Source: Massalongia carnosa
Lineage: Eukaryota
DNA length: 64,000 bases
Assembly (NCBI GenBank): GCA_965645245.1
Contig: OZ287070.1
Coordinates: 682,001-746,000 of the forward strand
Reading direction: 5' to 3'
The notes under the pieces were generated by a model. That model saw only the letters and a program-made list of their open reading frames with translations. It was not told where the DNA came from and ran no database searches. Made by a program: the position numbers and the translations under genes. Shown here one piece after another: positions 38,102-49,712 of this stretch (its first letter is position 1; every line of letters starts with the position of its first letter).

Positions 38102-38449
38102 ATGTCTCGAGCTGCCAAACTCACTCTCACAGGAACCTCCCTGGCAGCCGTCGGCATTATATTTTTCGTTCACTACGCGCAGCGGGCCGAAAAAGCTGTA
38201 AGTTTCCATTCTCCACTGTGGTCGTATCCTTTCAGATTGTACTCTACAACTATAAGACAATTGGCTTATGTAAAGCCCTCGTAGGCCATGCATGCAGGCG
38301 TGATACGGGATATGGAACAGCAGCGAGTGAAGAAGGAGCGCCAGGCAGACTTTGAGATGCAGCGGACGCTGGAGGACGAGTATCGGCGGATTCAGAATGT
38401 AAGGGATGGGCAGAGCGCCGGTCTTGGTGGTGAGGGGGCGGGAGGGTGA
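38102..38449 (+). CDS. PET117: Cytochrome c oxidase assembly factor Pet117, 2 exons
   Basis: MSRAAKLTLTGTSLAAVGIIFFVHYAQRAEKA / AMHAGVIRDMEQQRVKKERQADFEMQRTLE. Confidence 0.92.
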
Positions 38450-39237
38450 CGGAACGAAATGACTACGCGATTGGAAAAGTACGACGGTTTCCTGCCTAGT
38501 GAGGGCAAAGCATTTAAAAGGAGCTCCACATATGCCTGGTGCTAGATGATACAAAGCGGCGAAGGGAGCCAGTCGACGGCGTCAGTTCGGAAAGGGTGGG
38601 TTAGTCCGCGATGGCATATCTATCTTGTGAAGGAACCTGTTGAGCCTAGGATGGAGCCTAGAGTGCCATGTGGATGAGGATAGTTATATTCGATCCGTGC
38701 TTCAACTGCAAACAGACGGGGGAAGGGAGACAAAAACAAGAACAGGGGCGCCCCCCCTGGTCAGGCTTCTGCAGAACGCTTGCCTAGAGAGTCACAGGCG
38801 TTGTTTCCAAAGGCATTCACTATCACAACGTTCAGCGGGAAGGGCTTGGGGAGGAGAGCATGTTCGTCCTTGTTTCAGCTGGCCCGTCCCAACGAGGACG
38901 GGATGAGAACCGAGCTTGTTTCCGGTCGTGTTCCGTCGCTCTTGGTGTCTTTTTGTATGTTTGTATGACACTTGTGGCCGTGGCCCGATTTAAACGGGTG
39001 GCTGGACCTATCAGATTCGCCATGACTTAAGTTATGACTTGGTGAAGCCTGCCCTTCCCGACGCGTGTCTCTTTTCTCTGTGAGTATAGCGCTGCTGCTT
39101 ATATGCGAACCGTATGTTTCATTGACTCCTGGTAAAGGTTGATGATGGACCTCCCAATCCTAAGTGATTCCGATGGTGAGGCACATTCCAAGCTCCCCAC
39201 CTTGACGCTTTCGCTATGGTAGGAATCTGACAATGGA

Positions 39238-41623
39238 ATGTCACAGGAAATGGAGTCTAGCTGTTGCTGCGGTCGCCCACAGTGTGCATACCTGCAGCAT
39301 AACAATGCGGCTTTGGAGGGATTAGAGAAGGATCTAAGAAGCGCGGCCCAAATAGGTCAAGTAGGTACAACCTTCCGACCATCCACAAAGCTTGCGGGGT
39401 GCGCTCCGGGCTGAACCATTGATTTGACCCAGCCAGTCCATCCATTCAGATACAATGTCGCTGACCTTTGCACTTCAGGCATTGCTCGTTCGTCATGAGG
39501 CCTACGTTGTGCAGGCTGAGGATGAGCGGCGTCAAATGACCGCTAGTATCGAGCAGCTTGAGAGAGAGAAGAAAAGATGTGCGCTCGCCAATGCAAGGAC
39601 AATCGAGGAGAACCGGGATTTGCTGGATCAACTGGAGGACCTGAACAGTACTGTAACGAGTTCTGATGCATACATCTATTCCCTTACGACGACACTTAAG
39701 TCTACTCGCCATGAGTTTAACAGGCTCACTATGCTCGCAGCGCGCTCAACAGAGCTCGAGTCGCAATTATTGGCCATGGAGATGGAGCAGCAGAGCCTGC
39801 AAGACCAACTGTTATCCACAGAAGGTGAAAAACGATCGGCCGTTCATCGGTGGAAGAATGCTGAGCGCACCATCAGTAGTCTTCAGGACCAAGTTGACAG
39901 AATCGAAAAGGAAGCAAACGACGAGCGCGCAAGGCATGAAGAGGTCGTGTCTTGGTTTGAGCGACGCAAAGCCGTAGAGTGCGAACTGGAGAGCGCAGCT
40001 CGGGGGTTGACAGGCGCAGGGACTGCAGCTACAGTGGGAAAGGACAAGGGGAGCAGCAGCGTAGTGTCGCACTTCGTCAAGGACATTCTTCAGGATAATG
40101 CGAATCTACAGCTGGGCATCGTCGAGCTACGAGAAATGCTAATAGGGTCCAACGAAGAGATCGAGAAACTTCGAGAGCAAATGATTCTTCACCAACCCAC
40201 CTTGTCCTTGGGGGACGATGGTGTTTCCAAGACTCTGCTTAGGAGTGAACTGGCAAGAAGCACGGCTGCTGAAGCTGTGCCGGAGCTACACGTTCATCAT
40301 CATTATCATCCAGCGGAGAAGGTAAACTCGACACGCAAAGAAAAGTCATCCGTGGCACGACGACCCCGAAATCGACGAAATGCCACTACAGCGGGACTGC
40401 TCGCATCCTCGTCCGGCTTCCGCACTTCGCGCACTCCCAGCATAAAAATGACACCCCCATCTTCGACAGCCGCCATTCTCTCGCAGACATCCGTTACCAT
40501 CCCCCCAGCGCTGCGCCTACGGGCACCTCGGTGGCCAATGCATTATTCACAACATTCCTCATCAGTTGCAATGTCTTCCGTTCCCAGCTCTCCCAAGTCC
40601 GCTTTTAGAAACTCTTCGTTCTCTTCAATCTTCGACAACATTGATACCACCCTGGATACGTCGCAGCCCACCAGTCCAGCCTCGACTAACATGGAATCCC
40701 CCTACTTCCCCTCGCACAAGAGAACAAGCTCGGATCTCTCCTTGGCAAGCCTATCGGCACATATGGCCGCTCGGACCCAGCCCACCGCGTCATGGAGTCT
40801 TAATGGCGCTTTCGACGCCAAAACTGGAGATAAATCTAGAGCATCTATAAAACAATCAATGGATATAGATGCGCCGCCGTCGCACCCGATTACAGTTACC
40901 GAAGAGCGCGAGGAAGATCTTCTCCCCGATAGGATCCTTCTCCCCCCGTTACCTGATCTCAGCTTGTCCAAGACCTTCTTCCCTACCCCTAACCCCCGCA
41001 GATCCGCATCCCACGAATCCCTCCTCTCTACCATCCCCCCAAACTCCCTCCGCCACAAACCATCCCAGCTCCTCACAAACCGGCTACTCCCCTCCAGAAC
41101 CCCCCTCAGCATCTCCAGGCCAACCATAAATCCCGCTTCCGCAGTCGCACAGCCTGCATCATCCGCCAATCATTCCCTACGCCTGACGAGTCACACATAT
41201 AACCGCTCGCTTCTTTCTGCCCGTACCCCGTCGGCCGCTTCCTCCCGCTCCTCACGGCTCAATAACCACCATTTTACCCCCAGCCCTAGCAACCGTAACC
41301 TCAGGAATGCGACATCGGACCCCGTCGCTCCGCAAGGAAATCACCCTACGTTTAGCAAGCGCGTCGGCGGTTGGGTTTGGGGGAAATGGGGCGTAGCGCC
41401 TATGGCTTCGATGGGGGATCTGCGCGCCCAGGCCGCATTGGGGCGGGAGAGAGCTACTGGGGTAAACCAGAAGGGGAGCGTGACCAGGTTAGGAGGAAGT
41501 TTAGGCGGGAGCGGCATCGAGAGGGAGAGTCGGGGAAGGAGTAGAGGAGGCCCTAGGCCCAGTCGCGTGGAAGCGGTCAATGTGGATGAAAGCGCCTTGA
41601 GGGAATCTTTGGGCGAGGGATGA
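39238..41623 (+). CDS. Conserved fungal coiled-coil protein of unknown function
   Basis: Exon CCCGRPQCAYLQHNNAALEGLEKDLRSAAQIGQ is spliced to ALLVRHEAY..., followed by a long coiled coil, an ELHVHHHYH motif and a GWVWGKWG motif. Start uncertain. Confidence 0.75.
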
Positions 41624-42322
41624 TTCATCCGTTTTCCTTCTCATGCCGTCCATCTATTCACCACTGCCGTTCTATTTCTACCGGGGGGGGTGGGGGACGA
41701 ACGCCTGTTGCTGGTGTTTTATGGAGAAATGGGCGCACGGCAAAGTGGATGGCCGAATAGATACTCCCCACCCTCATGTACCGTCCAGCATGTATATATT
41801 TTTTCGCTTTTTCCCGAGCGAGTTTCCCACCATGATATCGTACAGCTAGCCGATGAGGATCACATTTATTTATTTTCTTTCTCGTCTCCTTTTATTCCCT
41901 TTTCTACCTCTTCTGCACTTTTAGATGTGAAAACGCTTGCCGTTATTTTTCTATTATTGTTCTTAGTGGCGGACACGCACGCGCGCGCGAGAGAGGATAG
42001 ACGATGAAATACCGTTCCGTCCCAGTAGCTGGGAGGTTGGAGTTGGCTGACTACGGAGACTATATATATTGATACCTGCATACCTACCTACCAATCCACC
42101 TCGGTTCCTGCCCCCCCCCCTCTTCCCTAACAGGCAAAATACCCCCCCATAAAAAGAAATCTATCCCCCATCACTCACCTACTCGGTCCCTCCCAAATCC
42201 CTCTATCTCCCACTTACTCATGTAGTATCAACTACCCAGTCTTACTCAACCCACACGAATGAACTGTGCCCCTCCCCCCCAAAGGCTCCAAAAGCACCAA
42301 CTCAAATCAGATCCTATCCCCT

Positions 42323-42414
42323 CCTCTCCCTACCTTCCTTTCCCCTCTCCCTACCTTCCTTTCCCCTCTGCCTACCTTCCTTTCCCCTCTCCCTACCTTC
42401 CTTTCCCCTCTCCC
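42323..42414. repeat. 21-bp pyrimidine-rich minisatellite, about 4 copies
   Basis: Unit CCTCTCCCTACCTTCCTTTCC repeated with one substitution. Confidence 0.9.
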
Positions 42415-43040
42415 CCATTCGGTTTCGTGAATAAAAAGTTGCCTCGTCTGGAGACTGGAGGAGACGGATGGACGGACAGTGGCAGGGGGGGCTGGGTGAT
42501 TAACCAGGCAGGAAAAAATGAATTCAGTTGAAGGAGGGAGAGACCCGCGGGGGGCAGGGAGACGGGAAGTTTGCTCTGGGGTGAATGCCATGAAGCACGG
42601 AGGGAAATAAGAGGAATGGATAGAATGAAATCAATCAAGGGTTTATGGATGGAAGGAGGGGAGATGGGGATTGGTCACGGATGTAACGGACAAAAAACAT
42701 GCATGATGGGAATGCCAATATTATAGAATTCTTTGCAGGTGTGTTCGAGAGGAAAGACAGTGCCTGATTCATCCTAAAAGTGAAGACTGGAAGAAAGAAA
42801 GCAGCACGAAACCCCTCCTTCCCTCCTCAAAAATAGGTTGCTGTTTGAGCCTTTGCCCAAGGTACATTCCGGGCCGCTCTAATGCGGTTTAGGTTGGAAA
42901 GGTCTTTTGAGCGATTTCTTAACCTTTGCATTAGTCAATTTTTCACGTATAGGTGATGTAGCATAATCTTGCGCTATTCTTACCGGACAAAAGAGACAGT
43001 ACCGTCATGATTTCCAAGAAAGGTATTTGTGTCCAACGCA

Positions 43041-45971
43041 CTAGGGTCCCGTGTATAATATCGCGTAAGAAGCGTTTGAAGCTGCAAAGGGGGTCCCAAC
43101 AGCAGATTTAGGGAAGCAGTTAGGCGTGTTGGACACTATAGTACCGTCGCCTGAGAATGTAACGCCGACACATGTGTCGTAGGTGCTACAGTACGTCAAG
43201 CAACCATTTAGCGAGTGCAGCGAGGTGGACTTGAGATCGGCGGTGGGCAAGTCTTGGCCGCAGCCGATGGAGTATCGTTTGCCAAAGATATCGGTGACGA
43301 GCTGGCCAGCTGAACTAGGGCAGAGCGCAGCGTAGGAAAGAGCGTTATATCTGACACCATTGATTGGGACGCCGCTCAATAAGCTATCAGTTGCCCTGGA
43401 AGCCCGATAGTCGACAAATGTCTTATACGGATAGCAGTTGGTGCTGGCGCTCACGCCTGACCAGGTTACGGCTGTACAATTGGAGAGAATGTCGCAGAAC
43501 TCAAGACACTTATCATATGTGTCCGCGTGCGCGGGTAGCCAGTTATCACCCACTACTTCACGACCGCACTTCACCTCATAGGTGGATGCGAAAACATCCG
43601 TGTAACGAGTGTTGTTGTTTGCCGGGCATACGGGCACCGTGCTAAGAGTGGGTTCCGTACTGGTTGATGTGGTGCTTGTGGTTCCCACCACAGTCGTCAC
43701 TGTTGATGGAATTATGGAAGTAGATGAACTAGTCGATGATGATGTGGATGACGTTATGGGAAGGGGTAAAATAATGCTGGATGTAGAGGTCGTTGGTGTA
43801 AATACCGCTGTGGAAGACGATGTAATAGAGGAAATTGGCGTAGTGATTAACGTGCTTATTGTAAATAAAGAAGTCATGCTTGTAGAAGTCGTTGGCACAA
43901 CAACAGGCGTTGAAGATGATTTCATAAGAGAAATCGAGGTGGCGGCTGGGTTAGTGGTTGATGTGCTTATTGTAGATGAAGGTGTCATGCTAGTAGAAGT
44001 CGTCGAGACGGACAGTACAGAGCTTGGCGTTTCTACTGACGTTTCTATTGACGAAGTTGTGCCAGCTACCGTGTTCGTGACGCCGCGTGTGCTTAGACTT
44101 GGATTAGGTGGAGTATAAGAACGTTTCTTGCAGCTGCTAAACCCAACATTGGAATATAGTATATTGGTTATTGCGTATTTCAGATAACAGCTGGGACCAG
44201 GGTTGCCTGCTCCCCAACTTGCAGCAACGCATGGTGCATTTGCAGCTACCAACGGACTTGGTATATAAGTGTCACAAGCTTCGATACATGTCTCAAAAGT
44301 ATCCGTATGGAGAGAAATCAAATCTGATCCAGGGTAGCTGCAGCTACATGTCACGTCGTATACATTTCCATTAGGAATGAAGTGGGGGGCACCATCGCCC
44401 CCAGGGCATGGAGACGGGGCCAGAGAAGGGTTAATAGAACTCGTACTTGTAGCTGTTTGGGTGATGGGAGTTGAGGAGGAAAATGTGGTGACTGTGCTGA
44501 AGATAGTGGAGGAAGAAAGACCAGAAGATTGGCTTGTCGTAGGCTGAACGATTGTGGTGGCGGAACCGGTAGGCCTGCCGCCCACCGTGCTGGGAGGATT
44601 TGGTGGCACATAGGTAACAAGACGTGCACTCCCAAACCCAGCATTGTTCGGATTGATGGCAGTAATGGCATACTTGAGATAGCAGTTTCCGCCGCTACTG
44701 CTGTATCTGAAACTTGCCCCGATACACCCCGCTCCATTGCCGGAGTTCTTATCAGGAACATAGTTGCTGCAAGCTATGATACATTCTTCGAAGGTATCAG
44801 AATGCATAGTAGGGAGGTCATTACCAGGATAGTCAGTTCCGCAATCGATTTCGTAAACAGCTCCCTTCGCATCAGAATAAGTATATCCGCACCAAGTGTC
44901 AGGAGGGGTAGGAAAGCTAGTAGAGACCGTGCTTGTGGTGACGACAGTAGAACCTTGAGAATTGGTGCTTGTGATAGTCGTAAGACCTATAGATGTGGAG
45001 ATTTGCGGTAGAGTAGTGACCACGGTTGAACCTAATGATTCTGTAGTTGTTTGGACGATAATGCTAGACGAGAGTGTTGGAGACAAAACAACGATTGGGC
45101 TGGACGATGTGATTACATAGGTGCCTGAAGTTGTTGTGTAAACTGTAACGCTTGTAGAAGCAGATGGTGGAGGAAGTGTAGATACGACTAGGCTCGATTT
45201 TGTGATGACAGAGGTACCTATGGTAGTGGTATACACGGTGACGCTTGTTGACAACGAAGGCGGGAGGGGGATTGGAGAGACAATAAGTGTCTTCGAGGTT
45301 GTGAGAACAGATCCATCTATAGTAGTAGTAGAACCGCTTTCCGATTCAGGAGGCGGGCTTGGTATTACTGAAGAAATTGATGTTGTAATTGTGGAACCTA
45401 CCGAGTTTGTTGTCGTGTAAACAATGACGTTTGTCGATGTTGAAGGTGGGACCGGAACCACAGTTGTTCTCGATGTAGCAACTGTGAATCCTCTAGAGTC
45501 CGTGGTGGTGTACACAATGATTTCTGTAGAGCTCGACGGAGAGTACGGGATCACAGAAGTCTTCGCCGTTGTAATGATAGACCCAACTGAATCTGTAGTG
45601 GTATAAAAAATGACACTTGTCGAAGCTGGAGGTGAAACTGGAACCACTGTGGTTCTCGACGTGGTGAATGTGAAACCTTTAGAATCCGTTGTCGTATACA
45701 CAACGATTTCTTTTGAGCTTGAAGGAGAATATGGAGTAACAGATGTCCTCGACGTGATAATAGTAGATCCTAATGAGTCAGTTGTCGTATAGACGTCAAT
45801 TGTGGTTGAGCCAAGTGGTATGCCGCTACCACCATTCCCGCCCGGACTTCCAGATCCACCCGTGGCACAAACACCGGTAGGGACGCGGACTGTTATAACG
45901 TTGGAAGCGTCAGCGAAGACTGCTGTAGGGGCCAAGCAGCCTATCGCGGCTCCCCAAAAGGAAGGTTTCAT
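43041..45971 (-). CDS. Secreted Ser/Thr-rich mucin-like protein with four PAN/apple-like Cys modules
   Basis: Intronless 976-aa ORF with a signal peptide, 31-aa VYTTTDSxG repeats and four modules of pattern Y-x-x-x-C-G/S...C-x3-C...C-x-x-x-S/T-W/F...N/S-C-Y/F. Confidence 0.85.
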   Translation of the reverse strand: MKPSFWGAAIGCLAPTAVFADASNVITVRVPTGVCATGGSGSPGGNGGSGIPLGSTTIDVYTTTDSLGSTIITSRTSVTPYSPSSSKEIVVYTTTDSKGFTFTTSRTTVVPVSPPASTSVIFYTTTDSVGSIITTAKTSVIPYSPSSSTEIIVYTTTDSRGFTVATSRTTVVPVPPSTSTNVIVYTTTNSVGSTITTSISSVIPSPPPESESGSTTTIDGSVLTTSKTLIVSPIPLPPSLSTSVTVYTTTIGTSVITKSSLVVSTLPPPSASTSVTVYTTTSGTYVITSSSPIVVLSPTLSSSIIVQTTTESLGSTVVTTLPQISTSIGLTTITSTNSQGSTVVTTSTVSTSFPTPPDTWCGYTYSDAKGAVYEIDCGTDYPGNDLPTMHSDTFEECIIACSNYVPDKNSGNGAGCIGASFRYSSSGGNCYLKYAITAINPNNAGFGSARLVTYVPPNPPSTVGGRPTGSATTIVQPTTSQSSGLSSSTIFSTVTTFSSSTPITQTATSTSSINPSLAPSPCPGGDGAPHFIPNGNVYDVTCSCSYPGSDLISLHTDTFETCIEACDTYIPSPLVAANAPCVAASWGAGNPGPSCYLKYAITNILYSNVGFSSCKKRSYTPPNPSLSTRGVTNTVAGTTSSIETSVETPSSVLSVSTTSTSMTPSSTISTSTTNPAATSISLMKSSSTPVVVPTTSTSMTSLFTISTLITTPISSITSSSTAVFTPTTSTSSIILPLPITSSTSSSTSSSTSIIPSTVTTVVGTTSTTSTSTEPTLSTVPVCPANNNTRYTDVFASTYEVKCGREVVGDNWLPAHADTYDKCLEFCDILSNCTAVTWSGVSASTNCYPYKTFVDYRASRATDSLLSGVPINGVRYNALSYAALCPSSAGQLVTDIFGKRYSIGCGQDLPTADLKSTSLHSLNGCLTYCSTYDTCVGVTFSGDGTIVSNTPNCFPKSAVGTPFAASNASYAILYTGP

Positions 45972-46803
45972 AACGAAGAATGGGATGATAGGAGCGCAAT
46001 TTTATAAATCCCGTTTGAAGTCGTGTAGATAGAGATGAAAACGAGTATCGTTGCACACAATAGAAAATCAAAGATAGATATAGCCCAAGGCCTAAAGAGC
46101 GTGGTTGTAGAGGTTGAAGGAAAGGAAGAACGCAAATAGGACTATAAAAATAGGGGAAATTCGACTCGAACTTTGGAATGATAAACATTACGTTCTGCCT
46201 CCATTCCAGTGCTCGAGATATTTAATATCATTTGACGAAGGCGATCTTCGCCACGAGGGCGTAGCCACCATGATTGTATTCTGGCATATCAGTATTGTAC
46301 CAAATACGAGTTTGTTGATGTTCCTGCAGAGAATATAAAAGAATCTCAATATGCATCTTACGGCCGTGAGGTAAAAGACGAGTATGTATAATGAAAAGTT
46401 CAGGATGACAGGAGGTATTTTAAAATATAAAAGAAAGACACAAAACCTCCAGGCACAAGTCATAACTAACTTACCTAACGTGCCCATGTAAAGCTGAGCC
46501 TTGACAGTATTATGCAGCTAGTATCAAATCTTCTGTTTTACGCAAGGTGTAGAATCGCTCGGAAAATCTCCTTTGAAAAACATGCTACTCGTAAAGCAAC
46601 GTACGGAGTAACTTACAGGTATGTAGGCATGTACTCCGTACTCCGTACAGTGGTATCTAACGTTATTTAGACCTTTAGCTGTTCGGTACCTGACCGTATG
46701 TTACTGTTAAAATGAGCTAGATGTTGGAGACGAATCTGTACGTCCTGTCAACGAACCAATGACTTGGAGGTATCTGGTTGCTGAATACTGAATCGTATCT
46801 AAC

Positions 46804-48314
46804 ATGCACCGACATACACCGGTTCTTCTTTTGAATAGGTCGTCTACGAGGTTTTTGCCCATAACACTTTCGCTGGCTCCTTCAAGAGCTCGAAACGTAA
46901 TACAGCCATATGATAGAAAATCCCCCCGCTATCTCAACTCGGATACACGTTCTGAAAAGCCCATATTTCCACCTTCGCCCAAACTTGGCCGCGCGATTGA
47001 AGATGACTACGCTGTAATACGCAGTAATTATGGTAGTGTTACCTTGATGTCTTCACAAGAGTACCCGCTAACAGATTATTCGAGCTACACCTCAAAATCC
47101 GATTGTTCTGGCTCACGGCCTTCTCGGGTTTGATGAACTTCGCCTTGCTGGCAAACTCTTGCCTGGTGTGCAGTATTGGCGAGGAATCACGGAAGCCCTT
47201 CAAGCCAATGGTATTGAAGTCATAATAGCTTCTGTACCCGCATCAGCTTCTATTGAACAGAGGGCCGCCAAACTGAGCCTTGAGATTGAGAAAAAGGCCA
47301 ATGGCAAAAGTGTCAACATCATCGCGTATTTATTCATTGATCGTGCTGCATGTCGAGTCTACACTGATAGTTCACAGGCATAGCATGGTAGGCCTCCATC
47401 GTATCAGGGAATCGCTCATCACTTACAAATGAATAGGGGTGAATTCGATGTAACCAAGCTCCAATATAGTCATGTTGACTTGACTGATCAGTGGACTCGA
47501 TTCTCGTTATATGATTAGTCGGTTGAAGCCCCCAAATGTGAAGGTGCTATCCCTAACTACCATTGCCTCACCTCATCAAGGTTTGCAGTCTCGTTTTTTT
47601 GGAAAAGAAAAACCTGCACTAATGGGGAACAGGATCTGCATTTGCAGACTACATACTCAATCGAATTGGAAGTGGGCGAATCCCGCCCATGCACTTGCAT
47701 GAAATTCGCTCATGTTTTGTAGAAAAACACTTATCACAAGTATATGGAGTCTTACGGACGCTTCGGATAGAAACAGGAGCATTCGCCCAATTAACCCGGC
47801 GCTACATGCAGGAGGACTTTAATCCGAAAACACCCGATCGGGAAGGAGTCCGGTGAGAAACCCCATAAGGTAGAACATCCAGATCATTCTGGCTCATTCT
47901 GACCGCAGGTACTTCTCGTATGGGGCTGAGGTAACACCACCTCTTTGGTCGATGTTTCGCCTTTCGCATCGTATCATTCAACAAAAGGAAGGTCCTAACG
48001 ACGGTCTGGTAAGCGTGACGAGCAGCCAATGGGGAGGTGAAAATGGTTATAAGGGGACTTTGATTGGTGTTAGCCATTTGGACCTTATCAACTGGACCAA
48101 CAAGCTACGCTGGATCATGTGGCAGCTTGCAGGCAATAAGAGGAAGTTAGCGCCACGTAGTCCAAAGTGCTCGTAAACACAGGGCTAATTAGAATGCAGC
48201 TTTAATGCAATTGCATTTTACTTAGATATCGGAGGTAGGCCATCTTTTCCCTAAAATCCGTCAGGGCTCGTAGCTGACAAGGTTTTAGATATGTTAGCCA
48301 GAGAGGGGCTTTGA
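46804..48314 (+). CDS. Triacylglycerol lipase, Tgl2-like alpha/beta hydrolase, multi-exon
   Basis: PIVLAHGLLGFD, QYWRGI, VNIIAHSMGGLDSRY (across microexons), LTTIASPHQGS, GPNDGLVSV, SHLDLINW, DMLAREGL. Confidence 0.9.
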
Positions 48315-48447
48315 ATTTCCAGATTAGTCCGCCCTGATGATTCACGTGAAGGTATAATAGCATGATTGTCATTGAAGGTAATTATCTATGTGGGCTATCT
48401 ACCTGCTTTTATAGCACTCACACAGCAGTCACATACCAGTGATGCTG

Positions 48448-48517
48448 TAGGCCTCCCATAGCTGCCTGTTAGGCACCTCCATAACTGCCTATAAGGCACC
48501 TCTATAAGTGCCTCTAT
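48448..48517. repeat. Degenerate ~23-bp tandem repeat, 3 copies
   Basis: taggcctcccatagctgcctgt / taggcacctccataactgcctat / aaggcacctctataagtgcctctat. Confidence 0.65.
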
Positions 48518-49712
48518 ATTGATGGTAGTCTCACCATTTAACCCAAGGTCGGTGACACGGATACCTCGAGGCTTATCTCTTTCTTTAGCTTCGTGTATTC
48601 ACATCCAAGTTGAATCTGGGAGAATTAACTAAAGGGAGGTCATCGGAATGGAAAGGAGCCCCCTAGCCTACCGTTATCGTCCCAGGTGGGCGTGTGTTTG
48701 ATAAGATTTCAGTAATGGATATGACCTTGCCTATTATGGAAGATATGCAAACAGATATTTGAGAAGTTCCTTTCCAGCGTGCAGCTATATATCTGTCTAT
48801 ACTGGACGTATATAAGTATCCTAGTGGTTTTAAGGACGAAGAAATCCAGACTATATTACGTGTCCAACAATACGCAAATAATACGCATGTACAGAGTACC
48901 GATATTAGGAAAGAAATATGCCCTTCCGTTTGCTAGTCACGTGCACCGATAAATGCAATGAAAATAATGATAATATTAAGTCTTGAAGTCTTGTCAACCC
49001 TTTGGACAGAGTATACTATTACCATAAAAAAACAAGGAACCCGATCGTCAAAGTGAAGAGTATCCTTCAACTAGAAAACCCGAACTGCTGAATCGCAAAC
49101 CTTGAATTCGATTGGTAAGGTTTCGAAAGATCTAAACCAATCATAATTATCTAATAACACTAGTAATCTATACAGTACTGAATTACCGTCTATAGTTATA
49201 GTATCAATAATGCGGAGAGGACCCCCGTGCGGATAGGACCAAACATTCTTGTCTCGACTGGTCAAAACCGGACCCAACCCGACCCGTTGTGCGCCTTACA
49301 CATATGAATTATGCAAATAACTGAAATGAAGTATGTATTCGAGAAAGTGCACTCTCTACTCCGTACTTGTTCCAAATCTTTTTATGTCTACAAGTTAATT
49401 CTGAACCCGCTTTTACATTTTCTTTCTCCTCTTTACTTGTTTTCGGCTTAGTCTCAAACCTTAATACAAAATACGATATTTACTGAGACGCAATGCCTCT
49501 CACTGAATGAGCACCTTCAAAGACTCCCATGGTTCGTAGCTGATCCTAGTGCCTCCGTACCACCATGAAGATTAATTGTAACGTCTTACATTTAGATACA
49601 TCTGTAGAGTCAAGCCCATCGTCGGCGCTTTCTCAGCTTTAGGAGACCTTTGTTACCAGTATCGTGCGGCCAAGCGCATTCTCGCAAAGATTTCTGCTAG
49701 ACGCTCGCATCG

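Noticed and set aside
42323..42414. CRISPR-like array
   Set aside because: Head-to-tail repeats without spacers, in a eukaryotic context.
43364..46032. Val/Asp/Glu-rich plus-strand ORFs
   Set aside because: They are antisense shadows of the Thr/Ser codons of the mucin-like gene.
47388..47491. Stwintron (nested intron) explanation for the lipase intervening sequence
   Set aside because: Removing the first intron does not rebuild a split GT donor, and the reading frame needs exactly 2 exonic nt. A microexon fits better.
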